From: an uncultured Candidatus Binatia bacterium
GTDB taxonomy: Bacteria; Desulfobacterota; Binatia; HRBIN30
Assembly (NCBI GenBank): GCA_964534275.1
Contig: CAZHQG010000007.1
Span: forward strand, 27,202 to 91,201
Length of the DNA stretch: 64,000 bases
Reading direction: 5' to 3'
Both the position numbers and the translations under genes were made by a program. Below, one piece after another: positions 18,050 to 28,169 of this stretch; within the stretch, counting starts at the first letter, position 1, and the number at the start of each line of letters is the position of its first letter. The notes under the pieces were generated by a model. It was not told the DNA's origin. It was given only the letters and a program-made list of their open reading frames with translations, and searched no databases.

Positions 18050-19435
18050 TTAAGGGCCCTCAGCACAAGGTGCACGGTCGGGAAGTTCCGTTTCCCTAAG
18101 GTTCCCGACAGCGACGAGACGAAGGTCCGCGGGATGCAGATAGGTGCGCGCTGCACGAAGAACATCTTCCCGGGTAACCGCACGAATGCGCTGGATGTAC
18201 TCTTCCGCGTAGTCGGCGCCAAGTTGAAAGAATTCTACTTGCGCCAGAAAACTCGCGATCTTCGTGTTGCTATCCAGGCGCAATGGGAAACTGCCGGTTA
18301 GGTACAACTGGGCGTTCGACAGCTCTTCTTCCGACACCGGTTCTTCTCGGATGCGACGAATCTCGCTGCACACTCGCGTGATTGCCTCGCCGGCAGAAGC
18401 ATTCTTGGTCTGGAGCGAAACTTGGAACGTTCCTGGCGCTTTGTTCGCTGTAAATTGGCTCGCCACCGAGTAGGCCAGACCCCCTTGCACGCGAACGCTT
18501 TCCACGAGCCGAGACGTGAAGCCACCACCCCCAAGGATAAAGTTCATCACGGTGATCGCATAGAAATCCGGGTTGTCGCGACTCACACCGCGGTGGCCCA
18601 GAATCAGGTTCGTTTGAGTCAGCGGCTTATCGATCTTAGCGACCGAAGGCAGGGTGGACGGGATCTCTGGGTACACGAAATCCGCGACCCTGCCTGGGTT
18701 CCACTCCGCGAAAGCGCGTTCGAACCGATCGACAATCTCCGGGGTCGATACGTCGCCAGTGACCGCCACGATCGCGTTCGCCGGCCGATAGTAGCGGCGG
18801 TAAAACTCCATCACGTCGCCCCGCCGCAGCCCCCGAACGCTTTCCATGGTTCCGATCGGAGGATGGCCATACGGCGTGTTGCCAAAGACAAGCTCGAGAA
18901 AACGCCGATATGCAAGTTGCCCAGGGTTGTCTTGCTCTGCGGTCATCGCTGCCAGGGCAGCCTCTCGGCGCCGCTCGACTTCCGCCTCCGGAAAGCTGGG
19001 GTGAAGCAAAATGTCGAACAGGATGTCGAGCCCGGCATCGAGGTGTTTGCTCAGTACCGTGAGCCCCGCCTGAGCGAAATCCACGTCGGCACTGGTGCTC
19101 AGCCGCGCTCCGAGGAAATCGATTTCCTCGTTAATGCGGGTTGCCGAGCGTTTTTTCGTACCTTCGGTTAACACGTCTGCTGTGAGCGAAGCCAATCCCT
19201 CTTTGTTGCGCGGATCGCGTCGCGAACCGGCATCCAACAAAACCTGCACGACAACCATCGGCACAGTGCGCTGCTCGGATACCAAGAGGACCGTTCCGGA
19301 CGACAGGACGTGGCGAGTAAACGGCACCGTGGCCGCATTGCAGGGCTTCCAAACGCAAGTCAGCGACGCTGTGAGAAAAGCCGTTGTCGCCAAGCAGTGA
19401 GAGGCACGTCGAAACATGCTCGCGAGACGTCGCAC
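18050..19435 (-). CDS. M16 peptidase family, non-catalytic subunit
   Basis: Signal-like N-terminus; GLASLTADVLTEGT replaces HxxEH; ILGGGGFTSRL, GLAYSV. Confidence 0.85.
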   Translation of the reverse strand: MRRLASMFRRASHCLATTAFLTASLTCVWKPCNAATVPFTRHVLSSGTVLLVSEQRTVPMVVVQVLLDAGSRRDPRNKEGLASLTADVLTEGTKKRSATRINEEIDFLGARLSTSADVDFAQAGLTVLSKHLDAGLDILFDILLHPSFPEAEVERRREAALAAMTAEQDNPGQLAYRRFLELVFGNTPYGHPPIGTMESVRGLRRGDVMEFYRRYYRPANAIVAVTGDVSTPEIVDRFERAFAEWNPGRVADFVYPEIPSTLPSVAKIDKPLTQTNLILGHRGVSRDNPDFYAITVMNFILGGGGFTSRLVESVRVQGGLAYSVASQFTANKAPGTFQVSLQTKNASAGEAITRVCSEIRRIREEPVSEEELSNAQLYLTGSFPLRLDSNTKIASFLAQVEFFQLGADYAEEYIQRIRAVTREDVLRAARTYLHPADLRLVAVGNLRETELPDRAPCAEGP

Positions 19436-19452
19436 AGTGACCTCCTCTGCGT

Positions 19453-20826
19453 TTAATGAACCCTGCCTACCGGTGGGCCGACTTTTGGAGGGGCTTTACC
19501 CTCTGGAGGCGGCACGGGCTCGAGAACCGCGACTGTGCGGTTTTCCGCGATCAGATACTGTCGCGCTACACGCCGGACGTCCTCCGCAGTAACCGCACGG
19601 ATTTGCGGCACATAATCGTCGATGCGTTGCCAGCGGTCCGCCACTTCGTACTGCCCAAGCAGCAAGGCCTGATAAAACAAGGAGTCTTGGGCGAGAAGGA
19701 ACGCAGCCTCGAGGTTGTTTTGAGCCTTTTCAAGTTCGGCAGCGGAAATCGGCGTTTGTTGCAGTCTGCCAATTTCCTCGAGCAGCGCGCGCTCGAGTGT
19801 CGCTGCCGTTTTCCCAGGCATGGGTTGGCCGTAAACGTAAAGCAACCCGGGGTCGATGGTGACCAAGTCGTAGTGGGTGCCTACGTCACGTGCGAGGCGT
19901 TGCTCGTACACCAGACGGCGATAAAGTCGGGAGCTTTTCCCATCCCCCAGAATCGTGGCCAGCACTTCGAGCGCGTAAGCGTCGCGGCTTCGCAGGTTCG
20001 GAACATGGTACGCGAGCGCGACTGCAGGGAGTTCCGCCGGCCGCCGCAAAACCGCACGACGCTCTCCTTGCTGCTCGGGCTCCTGGGCGCGAACGGGCGG
20101 CGGAGCGGGCTTGGCAGCAATGTTCCCGAACCACTTTTCAATCTCTCTCAACATCGTGTCGGGAGCCACGGCTCCCACGACCACGATGAATGCGTTGTTC
20201 GGAGCGTAGTGTGTTCGGTAGTACTCGAGGGCGTCCTCACGCGTTGCTTGGCGAAGGTCATTCATCCAACCAATGATCGGCCACTGATAAGGATGAGCGG
20301 TATACGCGGTCGCCGCCAGCAATTCGAACAATGCCGCTAGCGGGTTGTCCTCCGTGCGCAAGCGGCGTTCTTCGATGACCACTTGATGCTCGGGAACGAA
20401 CTGCGCGTCGTCGAACTTCAAGTTTGCCATGCGGTCCGCTTCGAGTTCCACGACCACCTGGGCACGATCCGCGGCTAACGTGGCAAAGTACGTGGTGTTG
20501 TCGGTGTCCGTAAAGGCGTTTTCGTTACCGCCATTGCGTTGGATGATGCGCGAGTACTCCTCGGGACCACGGGTTTCAGTACCTTTGAACATCAGGTGCT
20601 CGAGTAGGTGGGAGAGCCCCGTTTTGCCCAACTGTTCGTTGCGGGAGCCAACGCGGTACCACACCTGAAAAACCACCACCGGGGCTTTGTGGTCCTCGAG
20701 CAACAGAACCTTGAGCCCGTTAGGCAAGCTGTGCTCGCGTACTCGGCCCGTGTACGCAAGTTCCGCCGCTTGCACGCTCCAGGCAGTACACGCCACGAAG
20801 AGCCACGTCCCCAATCGCCACAACAT
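19453..20826 (-). CDS. M16 peptidase family, Zn-binding catalytic subunit
   Basis: GLSHLLEHLMFKGT (HxxEH), NAFT, EADRM, HPYQWPIIGW; signal peptide. Confidence 0.92.
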   Translation of the reverse strand: MLWRLGTWLFVACTAWSVQAAELAYTGRVREHSLPNGLKVLLLEDHKAPVVVFQVWYRVGSRNEQLGKTGLSHLLEHLMFKGTETRGPEEYSRIIQRNGGNENAFTDTDNTTYFATLAADRAQVVVELEADRMANLKFDDAQFVPEHQVVIEERRLRTEDNPLAALFELLAATAYTAHPYQWPIIGWMNDLRQATREDALEYYRTHYAPNNAFIVVVGAVAPDTMLREIEKWFGNIAAKPAPPPVRAQEPEQQGERRAVLRRPAELPAVALAYHVPNLRSRDAYALEVLATILGDGKSSRLYRRLVYEQRLARDVGTHYDLVTIDPGLLYVYGQPMPGKTAATLERALLEEIGRLQQTPISAAELEKAQNNLEAAFLLAQDSLFYQALLLGQYEVADRWQRIDDYVPQIRAVTAEDVRRVARQYLIAENRTVAVLEPVPPPEGKAPPKVGPPVGRVH

Positions 20827-20859
20827 GGAACGCACGCGGTTAGCAGGGGCCGGGAACGG

Positions 20860-21510
20860 CTACAATGACGTTTGCGGTGCGGCTTCCTGCTCGGTCGCCT
20901 GCACGGCAGCGTACACGTCTTCTTGGAGGTGCTCGGAGATGCGGGCGATTGCACGGCTCATGCCGCGGACAAAATCCTCCGGAGCCTCGCAGTCGATGGG
21001 TTCGCTCTCCTTGTAGGTGCGCTGCAGCCGTACAGGGTTGTCCATCCCGGGGCGCAGTCTCTGAAGGCTCGCGTGTGCGACGACCGCTGCCGCGCAGCGA
21101 TCTCCCAACAGCTCTTGTTCGAAGCGGTCGATGCGCACATCGAGCTGATAGTCGGCCACGAGTACAGAAGCGCCTTGCTGCACCGAGCGGTACAGGCCAC
21201 TTTGGCTGAAGTCGCGCACGAGCAAGTCGGTGAGCATCTGCCCCGGTGCAGTGGCCCAGCGGTGATAGTATCGGTAGCCGACGCGGTAAGGCCCTTGTGC
21301 ATACGCAAAGGGCTCCCGGTCGTACAACGCCGCAACCCGCACGGGCGCAACTCGCAAAACGACCGGAATGGGTGAGTGCTGGATTACGGGAGACGGGTAG
21401 TCGATGCGATAATCCCGGGGTTGCGGAACCTTGGGAATCAAGGAAAGGCAACCGGAAGCCAGGACGGCGAGCAAGACCAGTGCTGGTGCAGAAACGGTGC
21501 GCACGTTCAT
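20860..21510 (-). CDS. ABC-transport auxiliary lipoprotein (PqiC/DUF330-like)
   Basis: Lipobox LASG-C, YHRWATAPGQML; start overlaps the MCE gene stop. Confidence 0.8.
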   Translation of the reverse strand: MNVRTVSAPALVLLAVLASGCLSLIPKVPQPRDYRIDYPSPVIQHSPIPVVLRVAPVRVAALYDREPFAYAQGPYRVGYRYYHRWATAPGQMLTDLLVRDFSQSGLYRSVQQGASVLVADYQLDVRIDRFEQELLGDRCAAAVVAHASLQRLRPGMDNPVRLQRTYKESEPIDCEAPEDFVRGMSRAIARISEHLQEDVYAAVQATEQEAAPQTSL

Positions 21511-22439
21511 GGCTCCTCCTGGCGCTCTGGTGGTGGGGGACTGAAGAGCAACCGAGATGGCTGGGCTCTCAATTGGTCCGTGAGGCCCTGCAAGTTCACG
21601 GCCGTCCGGTCGAGGCGCTCGAGAGTGTACTGCATGGTCAACACCGCTTGTTGGGTGCTCTGCACGAGTGCGTTGAGCTGAACAATGGCCCGGACCAGCT
21701 CTTGGCCGGTTTTGCCCTTGGTGAGGTCGGTAAACAACTGCCTTGCTTCGGCGGTGGCCTGGGTGGCGTTGTTGACAGCGGGCGCCAATCTCACCCCGGC
21801 GGTCATGTTCTCCAAGTTCTTCACCACTTGCTGGGCAGCTTGGGTCGTGGCCTTCAAGTTTGTCAACACTGCGTCGATGCGCTCGTCGTTCAGCAGCGTC
21901 GTTGCGGCCTGCAGAGCGCGGCGGGCGTCGTCGGAAATGCCTTTGTAGTCCACTTGCATGAACCGGTCGTACACGTCGCTGAGCGCAGCCTGAATAGCCT
22001 TGAAGCTCGAGCGTGCAGAAGGAATCACTTCCGCGGGCGGGGCAAAACTGAGTGTAGGGGATTGGTTGAGAGCGTCGCCCTGCCGACGATCGATCTCGAC
22101 GTAGCGGAGTCCTGTGATCCCACTGAGTTCTAAGGTGGCACGCACTGTCGGATCGCGACGGATCGCTTGCGCAACATCCGGATCGATCTCCATGCGCACT
22201 TCGATGAGCTCGTTGTCCGGAGCAATGCGGATGGCCGCCACGCGGCCGGCCGTGACCCCGCGAAATTTCACCGCTGCCCCGACATCGAGCCCTTGTACGG
22301 ACTCGTTGAAATAGGTGACGAACGGCTCCGTCTTCTCGAAGTACCGGCTGGCACCGAGCCAAATCAGCCCCGCCACCGCAATGATGGACGAGGCGATGAC
22401 GAACATCCCCACCTGGAATTTATGAGTTTCTGTGGCCAA
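21507..22439 (-). CDS. MCE/MlaD family protein with helical C-terminal extension
   Basis: Single N-terminal TM; YFNESVQGLDVGAAVKFRGVTAGRV; C-terminal LRAQPSRLLF; TTG start after AGGAGG. Confidence 0.9.
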   Translation of the reverse strand: MATETHKFQVGMFVIASSIIAVAGLIWLGASRYFEKTEPFVTYFNESVQGLDVGAAVKFRGVTAGRVAAIRIAPDNELIEVRMEIDPDVAQAIRRDPTVRATLELSGITGLRYVEIDRRQGDALNQSPTLSFAPPAEVIPSARSSFKAIQAALSDVYDRFMQVDYKGISDDARRALQAATTLLNDERIDAVLTNLKATTQAAQQVVKNLENMTAGVRLAPAVNNATQATAEARQLFTDLTKGKTGQELVRAIVQLNALVQSTQQAVLTMQYTLERLDRTAVNLQGLTDQLRAQPSRLLFSPPPPERQEEP

Positions 22440-23211
22440 CGGCCGCCCTCCTTGCCGCGCTTTGCGGCTGTCGGTTGAAAAAGGCGCGCACGCGCGGGTC
22501 GGTGCTGCGGTCGCGCAAGTCTTGTGGCGCCCCTTCCGCGATGATTCCCTTGGCGCTGCGGTCGAGCATGATGCAGCGCTCGGCAATGGTGAAAATGCTC
22601 GGGAGCTCGTGGGACACCACCACGATCGTGGTACCCAGGCTACGGTTGATCTGCAAAATGAGCTCGTCGAGTTCTGCCGAGGTGATCGGGTCGAGCCCCG
22701 CCGATGGTTCGTCGAAGAACAAGATGCCAGGATCGAGCGCCATCGCACGGGCTAAGCCAGCGCGCTTTTTCATCCCGCCTGAAAGTTCCGCAATGCGAAA
22801 GTCCTCGAACCCGTCGAGCCGGACCATGCTGAGCTTGAGCCGCACGATCAGCCGGATCAACGTCGGCGGCAGGTGCGTATACTCTTCGAGGGGCAGGGCG
22901 ATATTTTCGCCCAACGTCAGGGAGCCGAAGAGCGCTCCCGATTGAAAAAGCACGCCAAACTTGCGTTGGATACGCCGTAACTGTTCGGTCTCTGCTTGTC
23001 CGATATCTTCTCCGTCGATCCACACATGCCCGGCGGAGGGTCGCTGCAGGCCGATCAAGTGCCGCAAGAGCGTGGTCTTGCCACATCCGGAGCCGCCGAC
23101 AATGACAAAGCGTTCTCCCCGGCGCACGCGAAAAGAAACGTTTTCCAGAATTGTGCGTTCTCCGTAGGCAGCCGTGAGATTTTCCACGGCAATCACCGCG
23201 TCTGTTGGCAT
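22420..23211 (-). CDS. mlaF: MlaF/Mkl-type ABC ATPase
   Basis: GGSGCGKTT Walker A, FQSGALF, LSGGMKKRAGLARA, FFDEPSAGLDP, VVSHEL. Confidence 0.92.
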   Translation of the reverse strand: MPTDAVIAVENLTAAYGERTILENVSFRVRRGERFVIVGGSGCGKTTLLRHLIGLQRPSAGHVWIDGEDIGQAETEQLRRIQRKFGVLFQSGALFGSLTLGENIALPLEEYTHLPPTLIRLIVRLKLSMVRLDGFEDFRIAELSGGMKKRAGLARAMALDPGILFFDEPSAGLDPITSAELDELILQINRSLGTTIVVVSHELPSIFTIAERCIMLDRSAKGIIAEGAPQDLRDRSTDPRVRAFFNRQPQSAARRAAVGHRNS

Positions 23212-23214
23212 GGC

Positions 23215-24336
23215 TTACCAATAGTGGAAGATGACGGTGAACACGGCGTCGGCGAGAATAATCAAAAAGATCGCCGCAACAATGGCGGAGGTGGTGATGC
23301 GTCCCACGCTTTCTGCTCCGGTGCTGGCCTGAAACCCTCGCAAGCAGCCCACGCCCGCAATGAGAATGGCGAAGGCAACGGTCTTGATCAGTCCGGACAG
23401 CACGTCCCAAGCGCTCACCGCAGTCCGCAGTTGCCGGAAGTATACCTGTGCTGGTAGGTCCATGCCGCCAACGGCGACCACGAGCCCACCGAGGATGCCG
23501 ACCAGGTCGGCGATAATGGTGAGACACGGCAGCATGAAGACAAGTGCCAACACTTTGGGCGTTACGAGAAAGCGGGTGCGGTCGAACCCCATGGTGGTGA
23601 GCGCATCCACTTCCTCCGATACCTTCATGGTCCCGATCTCTGCTGCGAACGCTGCGCCGGAACGGCCCGCGGCGATAATTGCCGTCATCAATGGGCCAAG
23701 CTCTCGGGTGATGGAAAGACCAACAAGATTGGCGACGAAAATGTCGGCGCCGAACTGCGTGAGCTGCACCGCTGCTTGAAAGGCGGTAATGAGCCCCATC
23801 AGGAAACTGATCAATACCACGATCGGCACGCCGTCGACGCCAGTTCGCTCCATGTACAGCCAAGTTTCGCGCCACCGAATGCGCCGCGGATGGCGGAAGG
23901 CATCGACTAAGCCGAGCACGAGTTCGCCGGTGAAGATTACAAGCTCTCGAGCATCTCGCAGAACTTGTAGCGCTGCGTCGCCGACTTTGACGACGAAGTG
24001 CTGGGGCGGTTCCACAGGAGCAGGAGCGAATACCGCCTGTTCGTCGATCAGAGCAAGAAAGCCGTCGATTGCAGGGTTGGAGGCTACGATCTCCAGCCGG
24101 CCACCACGAGAGTGGATCTCATGCCGCAACTGCAACACGACGGCGCCGCCACCACTGTCGAAGTAGGGAACGGCTGCGAGATCGAGCTCCACGCGCCCCA
24201 CGTGCGAGCCCAATGCCTTGCGGGCAGCAGCCAACAGTGCTGGCGCGGTAACAAGGTCCATACGCTCCGTGATTCGCAGGCGCAGCGCGGTAGCAGTCCG
24301 CTCCACTGTGACTCCGCTCTCTCCTGACGCTGTCAT
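23215..24336 (-). CDS. mlaE: STAS-fused MlaE permease
   Basis: N-terminal STAS (VELDLAAVPYFDSGG); RELGPLMTAII.AGRSGAAFAAEIGTMKVSEEVDAL. Confidence 0.92.
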   Translation of the reverse strand: MTASGESGVTVERTATALRLRITERMDLVTAPALLAAARKALGSHVGRVELDLAAVPYFDSGGGAVVLQLRHEIHSRGGRLEIVASNPAIDGFLALIDEQAVFAPAPVEPPQHFVVKVGDAALQVLRDARELVIFTGELVLGLVDAFRHPRRIRWRETWLYMERTGVDGVPIVVLISFLMGLITAFQAAVQLTQFGADIFVANLVGLSITRELGPLMTAIIAAGRSGAAFAAEIGTMKVSEEVDALTTMGFDRTRFLVTPKVLALVFMLPCLTIIADLVGILGGLVVAVGGMDLPAQVYFRQLRTAVSAWDVLSGLIKTVAFAILIAGVGCLRGFQASTGAESVGRITTSAIVAAIFLIILADAVFTVIFHYW

Positions 24337-24871
24337 CTTCCTCCTGCAGCCCGTTTATGCTCGTGGTCGTGGGTGCGTGGTGACAAGTACGACATGTAGC
24401 CGTCGCATCGGCGCTCCCGGGTTTGCCCTTGATAGCACGGATTGCCGACCGTCCAAATGCACACGGCAGCATTGGTCACCGATGCCGTTTGCGTGGCTTT
24501 CACGGGAGGGGATTCTGGTCGATTGCTCGATTCGCCCTCTGCTGATCGCTCGGCGAACGGATCACCCGAAAAGCTTAGTTCCCGCGAGGGCATCCGGGAT
24601 CCATTTTGATTGCAACCCGTGGCGATCGTCGAAGCCAACGCGACTGGTCGATTCCGCAAACGATCAGCGTAACTCGGCCATCGACGCGAGCGGGTGCACG
24701 GGCAGGGCCAGGACGGCACTGGGATTGAGGATGCTCGCGGCAGGTGCGGCAGGTTTGGGCGAGCTGCTTGTGGAAGCGGGTTTGGGGCCACTGGGACCTG
24801 TGGATCGGGTCTTTCGCCCTGAAGAAAAAACGCGGCGCCGGATGCTGTCCCACATGGGAGTCCTTACGTTG

Positions 24872-24917
24872 GGTCAAGCTTGGCTATTGACCAGGAACTG
24901 GTTCGTTGCCATACGCT
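24872..24917 (+). promoter_or_regulatory. Candidate promoter/operator of the copper cluster
   Basis: Inverted repeat GGTCAA-N9-TTGACC (24872-24892); TTGACC, 19-bp spacer, TACGCT (24912-24917); ATG 7 nt later with no RBS. Confidence 0.35.
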
Positions 24918-24924
24918 GAAACCG

Positions 24925-25269
24925 ATGACTCGGGTGTGCGCGGCACTGTGGCTCGTGGTTGCTCTGGTGTTTTCCGGACTTCCCCGCAGTGTCTGTGCGT
25001 TTACCGACTGTTCGGTTCGGCGTGCAGCAGCTGAGCGCCAACACCGTTGCTGCGGCGAAGCGAAGTGGAAGGCTGCGTGTTGCTGCAGCCAGGAAAGCAG
25101 CGCCCCAGCATCGAACGCTCCTGCGCCGGACCGTGCCGCGGTCCGCCTACCCCTGCACGTGAGCGCACTTCCGCTCCCTCTGGAGAATGGACAGCACATC
25201 GCCTTTGTGCCTCGTGTGCTGGCAGAACGGCGGAACCCGGTCTCCGAGCACGTACGTCTGCTCCTCTGA
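24925..25269 (+). CDS. Small Cys-rich exported protein (DUF2946/CzcI-like) leading the metal-efflux cluster
   Basis: Signal-like N-terminus, then C..CC...CCC; position directly upstream of the TolC-family gene. Confidence 0.55.
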   Translation: MTRVCAALWLVVALVFSGLPRSVCAFTDCSVRRAAAERQHRCCGEAKWKAACCCSQESSAPASNAPAPDRAAVRLPLHVSALPLPLENGQHIAFVPRVLAERRNPVSEHVRLLL

Positions 25270-25369
25270 CGCCCGACGTGTGCCTGTAGCGGGCTGAGCA
25301 AGCCCGCGCACTGGGTGCAGTGCGTTGCCGCACTGCGTCGTGTCGGTCTGCGATTCGGAGGAGTGTGCC

Positions 25370-26722
25370 ATGCGAGCACGACATTGGTTTTGCTTGTTCA
25401 TTTGCACAGGTTTTTTGCCTGGGTGTTTCTTTCTTCCGCGAGGGTTCGAGGAACAGCACGCACGCAACCGTGCAGCGGGAGAGCGCTACAACTTGCCCTT
25501 GCCAGAATTGCCTGAGGAGCCGGATCTGGAGTCGCTGTTGGAGTACGCCTGGAGGGCGAACGGCGAGGTGCGAGCGGCCTGGGACGAGTGGGTTGCCGCA
25601 GTGGAGCGCGTGCGCGACGCGGCTGGGTACCCCAATACCAACTTGCACCTGGGCCTCGAAGCGATGTGGGCAGGCAAACGCCCGGGCTGGAACGACGTCA
25701 CCATCAGCGCAGGCAACGACCCGATGACCAATTTGGCCCTGCCACCAAAAATTGCGGCCGCGGCACGAGTGGCCCTCGAGCAAGCCCGCGCCGCAGAAGC
25801 CAACTTCCATGCCCGCCGCTTGGCCGTGCGCGAGCGCGTGGCAAGCACGTTTTTCCAGTGGATCGGGCTCCACGAACGCGCCGAAATCGCGCATCGACGG
25901 GCAGCGTGGCTCGAACAACTCGAGCTCAGTGAACGAGCAAGGTTCAGTTCCGGGGCGGGGAGCCAAGAAGCGTGGCTCGCGGGCCAGAACGCTCGGCTTG
26001 AAGCGGAAAACCAGGCGAGGAACCTTCTGGTCGAGGCGGAAAACCTGCGCCGTGAGTTGAACGGGCTTCTTGGCCGTGCAGCAGACGCCCCCTTGCGTCC
26101 GCCACGGGAGCCGGTGCGCGGGAGGAGTTGGCCCGGGAACCTCGAGGAGTTTCGCGCGCAGCTTCGTGCGGGGAATCCGGAACTAGCGGGGCTCCGTGCG
26201 GAAGTTGCCGCGCGCGAGCGCACGCTCCACGCGGCCCAACTGCAATTCCTCCCGGACGTGAATCCAATGGGAGCCATCACGGGGGACGTGAGCCAGGTGG
26301 CAGGCCTCGCGTTCGTGTTGCCGTTAACGTGGCGCAAGCTGCAAGCGCAGGTAGCGAGTGCCAGGGCCTTGGTGGATGCCAGCCGGGCAGTGCTTCGCCA
26401 GGCCGAGGCAGACCGTGAAGCAGAAGTGGCTGCAGGGTTGGCTGTGCTCGAAAACGTGGAACGGCAGCAGCGGCTGTGGACCGAAAGTCTGCTGCCCAAC
26501 TGGCAGCTTCGCTGCCAAAGCGTTCGCCGTGCATACGAGGCGGGCACGCAGTCGCTAGGGGAATGGGTGCAAGCGGAACTCGCACGACTGGCAGCCGAAG
26601 AAGCACTGGTAGAGTTGCAGACCCTCCGAGAACAGCAGCTCGTGCGCTTGGAGACGTTGCTTGGCCTGCCAGGCGAAGGGGGATTTTCCGCAACTCAGGA
26701 GGCAAGCCATGCCGCGCGCTGA
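25370..26722 (+). CDS. TolC/CusC-family outer-membrane efflux lipoprotein
   Basis: Lipobox FLPG-C, two OEP-like helical repeats, operon context. Confidence 0.82.
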   Translation: MRARHWFCLFICTGFLPGCFFLPRGFEEQHARNRAAGERYNLPLPELPEEPDLESLLEYAWRANGEVRAAWDEWVAAVERVRDAAGYPNTNLHLGLEAMWAGKRPGWNDVTISAGNDPMTNLALPPKIAAAARVALEQARAAEANFHARRLAVRERVASTFFQWIGLHERAEIAHRRAAWLEQLELSERARFSSGAGSQEAWLAGQNARLEAENQARNLLVEAENLRRELNGLLGRAADAPLRPPREPVRGRSWPGNLEEFRAQLRAGNPELAGLRAEVAARERTLHAAQLQFLPDVNPMGAITGDVSQVAGLAFVLPLTWRKLQAQVASARALVDASRAVLRQAEADREAEVAAGLAVLENVERQQRLWTESLLPNWQLRCQSVRRAYEAGTQSLGEWVQAELARLAAEEALVELQTLREQQLVRLETLLGLPGEGGFSATQEASHAAR

Positions 26723-28169
26723 GACTCTCGTGCAAGGGAAGAGGAGATGTAAACGCTGCCCGGCGCGTTGGCGCCGGCAGGGTTGGTTGCTCTTTGTTGT
26801 GTTCCTGTTCGGCATCTGCGCCTGGAGCGTCGGTGCTTCCAGGGTGCTCGAAGCGCAGGAGGCAAACGAAACACCTGAGGTGCACGACACGCAGGCGGAA
26901 CGCACCTTGTGGACTTGTTCCATGCATCCCCAGGTGATTCGGGACGCGCCGGGAAACTGTCCCATTTGCGGGATGCAGTTGACGCCCCTGCAACCGCGCC
27001 GAACAGGAGCCACGCCAGCGACACCGGGCGAGCGAAAGGTCAAGTACTGGTGGGACCCTATGATGAACCCTCCGTACATTTCGGATCGCCCGGGAAAGAG
27101 CCCCATGGGCATGGATTTGGTTCCAGTTTACGAAGACGAAGTGGTGGTCGGTCAGGTCATCACCATCGACCCCCGCTTGGAGCAGAACATGGGCGTGCAA
27201 CTAGCTGAGGTCCGGCGCGGTACGCTGACCCGAACGGTGCGTGCGTATGCGGAAGTGCGCGAGCCGTCGGCGACGTTGCAAGACATGACCGTGCGTACTG
27301 GGGGGTGGGTCGTTCGCTTGTTTGCAGGTTACGAGGGCATGCACGTGGCCAAGGGTGCGCCGATCTTCGAGCTCTACAGTCCGGAATTGCAAACGGCCCT
27401 GGCGGAGTGGATCGCGGCGCAATCGGCAGCAAACGAGAACGCGGAGCTCCTTGCTGCCACGCGTGGGAAGCTGGAGCAGCTTGGGTTGAGCCGAGAACAA
27501 ATCGAGGAATTTGCCAGCCGGGAAGAAGCGCCGCGAACGGTCGTGTTTCACGCCAGGCATGCGTTCCACGTGGTGGAAAAGCTCGTCAACGAAGGGGCGC
27601 GCGTAGAGCCCGGGCAGCCCATTTTGCGTGTGAACGATCGCGCGCGCATGTGGCTCGACGCGCAGGTGTACGAACAAGACTTGCCGTTCATTCGGTTGGG
27701 CCAACAGGTAGAGGCTCGCATCCTTGCACTGCCCGGACGCGTGTATCGCGGGACCGTGACGTTCATCCATCCGCACGTGGAGCCGATGGCGCGAACGATC
27801 GTCGTGCGAGCAGAACTCGAGAACGAGCAAGGGGAACTGCGGCAAGGGATGGCCGCGACGGCCATGATTTCTGGTGCGGTTCTCACGAACGCTCTTCTGG
27901 TTCCTCGCGAAGCGGTCATCGAAACCGGAGAGCGGAAGATCGTCTTTGTTGCCACGGAGCCAGGATATTTCGAGCCGCGAACGGTGGAAACCGGGCCTGC
28001 TGGGGCGGACGGCGTGGTGAGCGTTTTCCAAGGACTGGCGCCGGGAGAACGCGTCGTGGTGAGCGGGCAATTTCTGCTCGATGCAGAAAGCCGGCTGCGC
28101 GAAGCGGCACGAAAGTTTCTGGGAACGTCCTCACCCGAAGGTACGAGCCATGGTGCGCACGGTCATTGA
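26709..28169 (+). CDS. cusB: CusB-like RND periplasmic adaptor with heavy-metal-binding domain
   Basis: WTCSMHPQV..PGNCPICGMQL, YWWDPM..PGKSPMGMDLVPVY, lipoyl/barrel motifs, VVVSGQFLLDAESRL. Confidence 0.88.
   Translation: MPRAETLVQGKRRCKRCPARWRRQGWLLFVVFLFGICAWSVGASRVLEAQEANETPEVHDTQAERTLWTCSMHPQVIRDAPGNCPICGMQLTPLQPRRTGATPATPGERKVKYWWDPMMNPPYISDRPGKSPMGMDLVPVYEDEVVVGQVITIDPRLEQNMGVQLAEVRRGTLTRTVRAYAEVREPSATLQDMTVRTGGWVVRLFAGYEGMHVAKGAPIFELYSPELQTALAEWIAAQSAANENAELLAATRGKLEQLGLSREQIEEFASREEAPRTVVFHARHAFHVVEKLVNEGARVEPGQPILRVNDRARMWLDAQVYEQDLPFIRLGQQVEARILALPGRVYRGTVTFIHPHVEPMARTIVVRAELENEQGELRQGMAATAMISGAVLTNALLVPREAVIETGERKIVFVATEPGYFEPRTVETGPAGADGVVSVFQGLAPGERVVVSGQFLLDAESRLREAARKFLGTSSPEGTSHGAHGH

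Noticed and set aside
24333-24791. Minus-strand 152-aa ORF whose stop overlaps the mlaE start
   Set aside because: Low-complexity Pro/Ser/Arg content, no motif or RBS; more likely a divergent promoter region.
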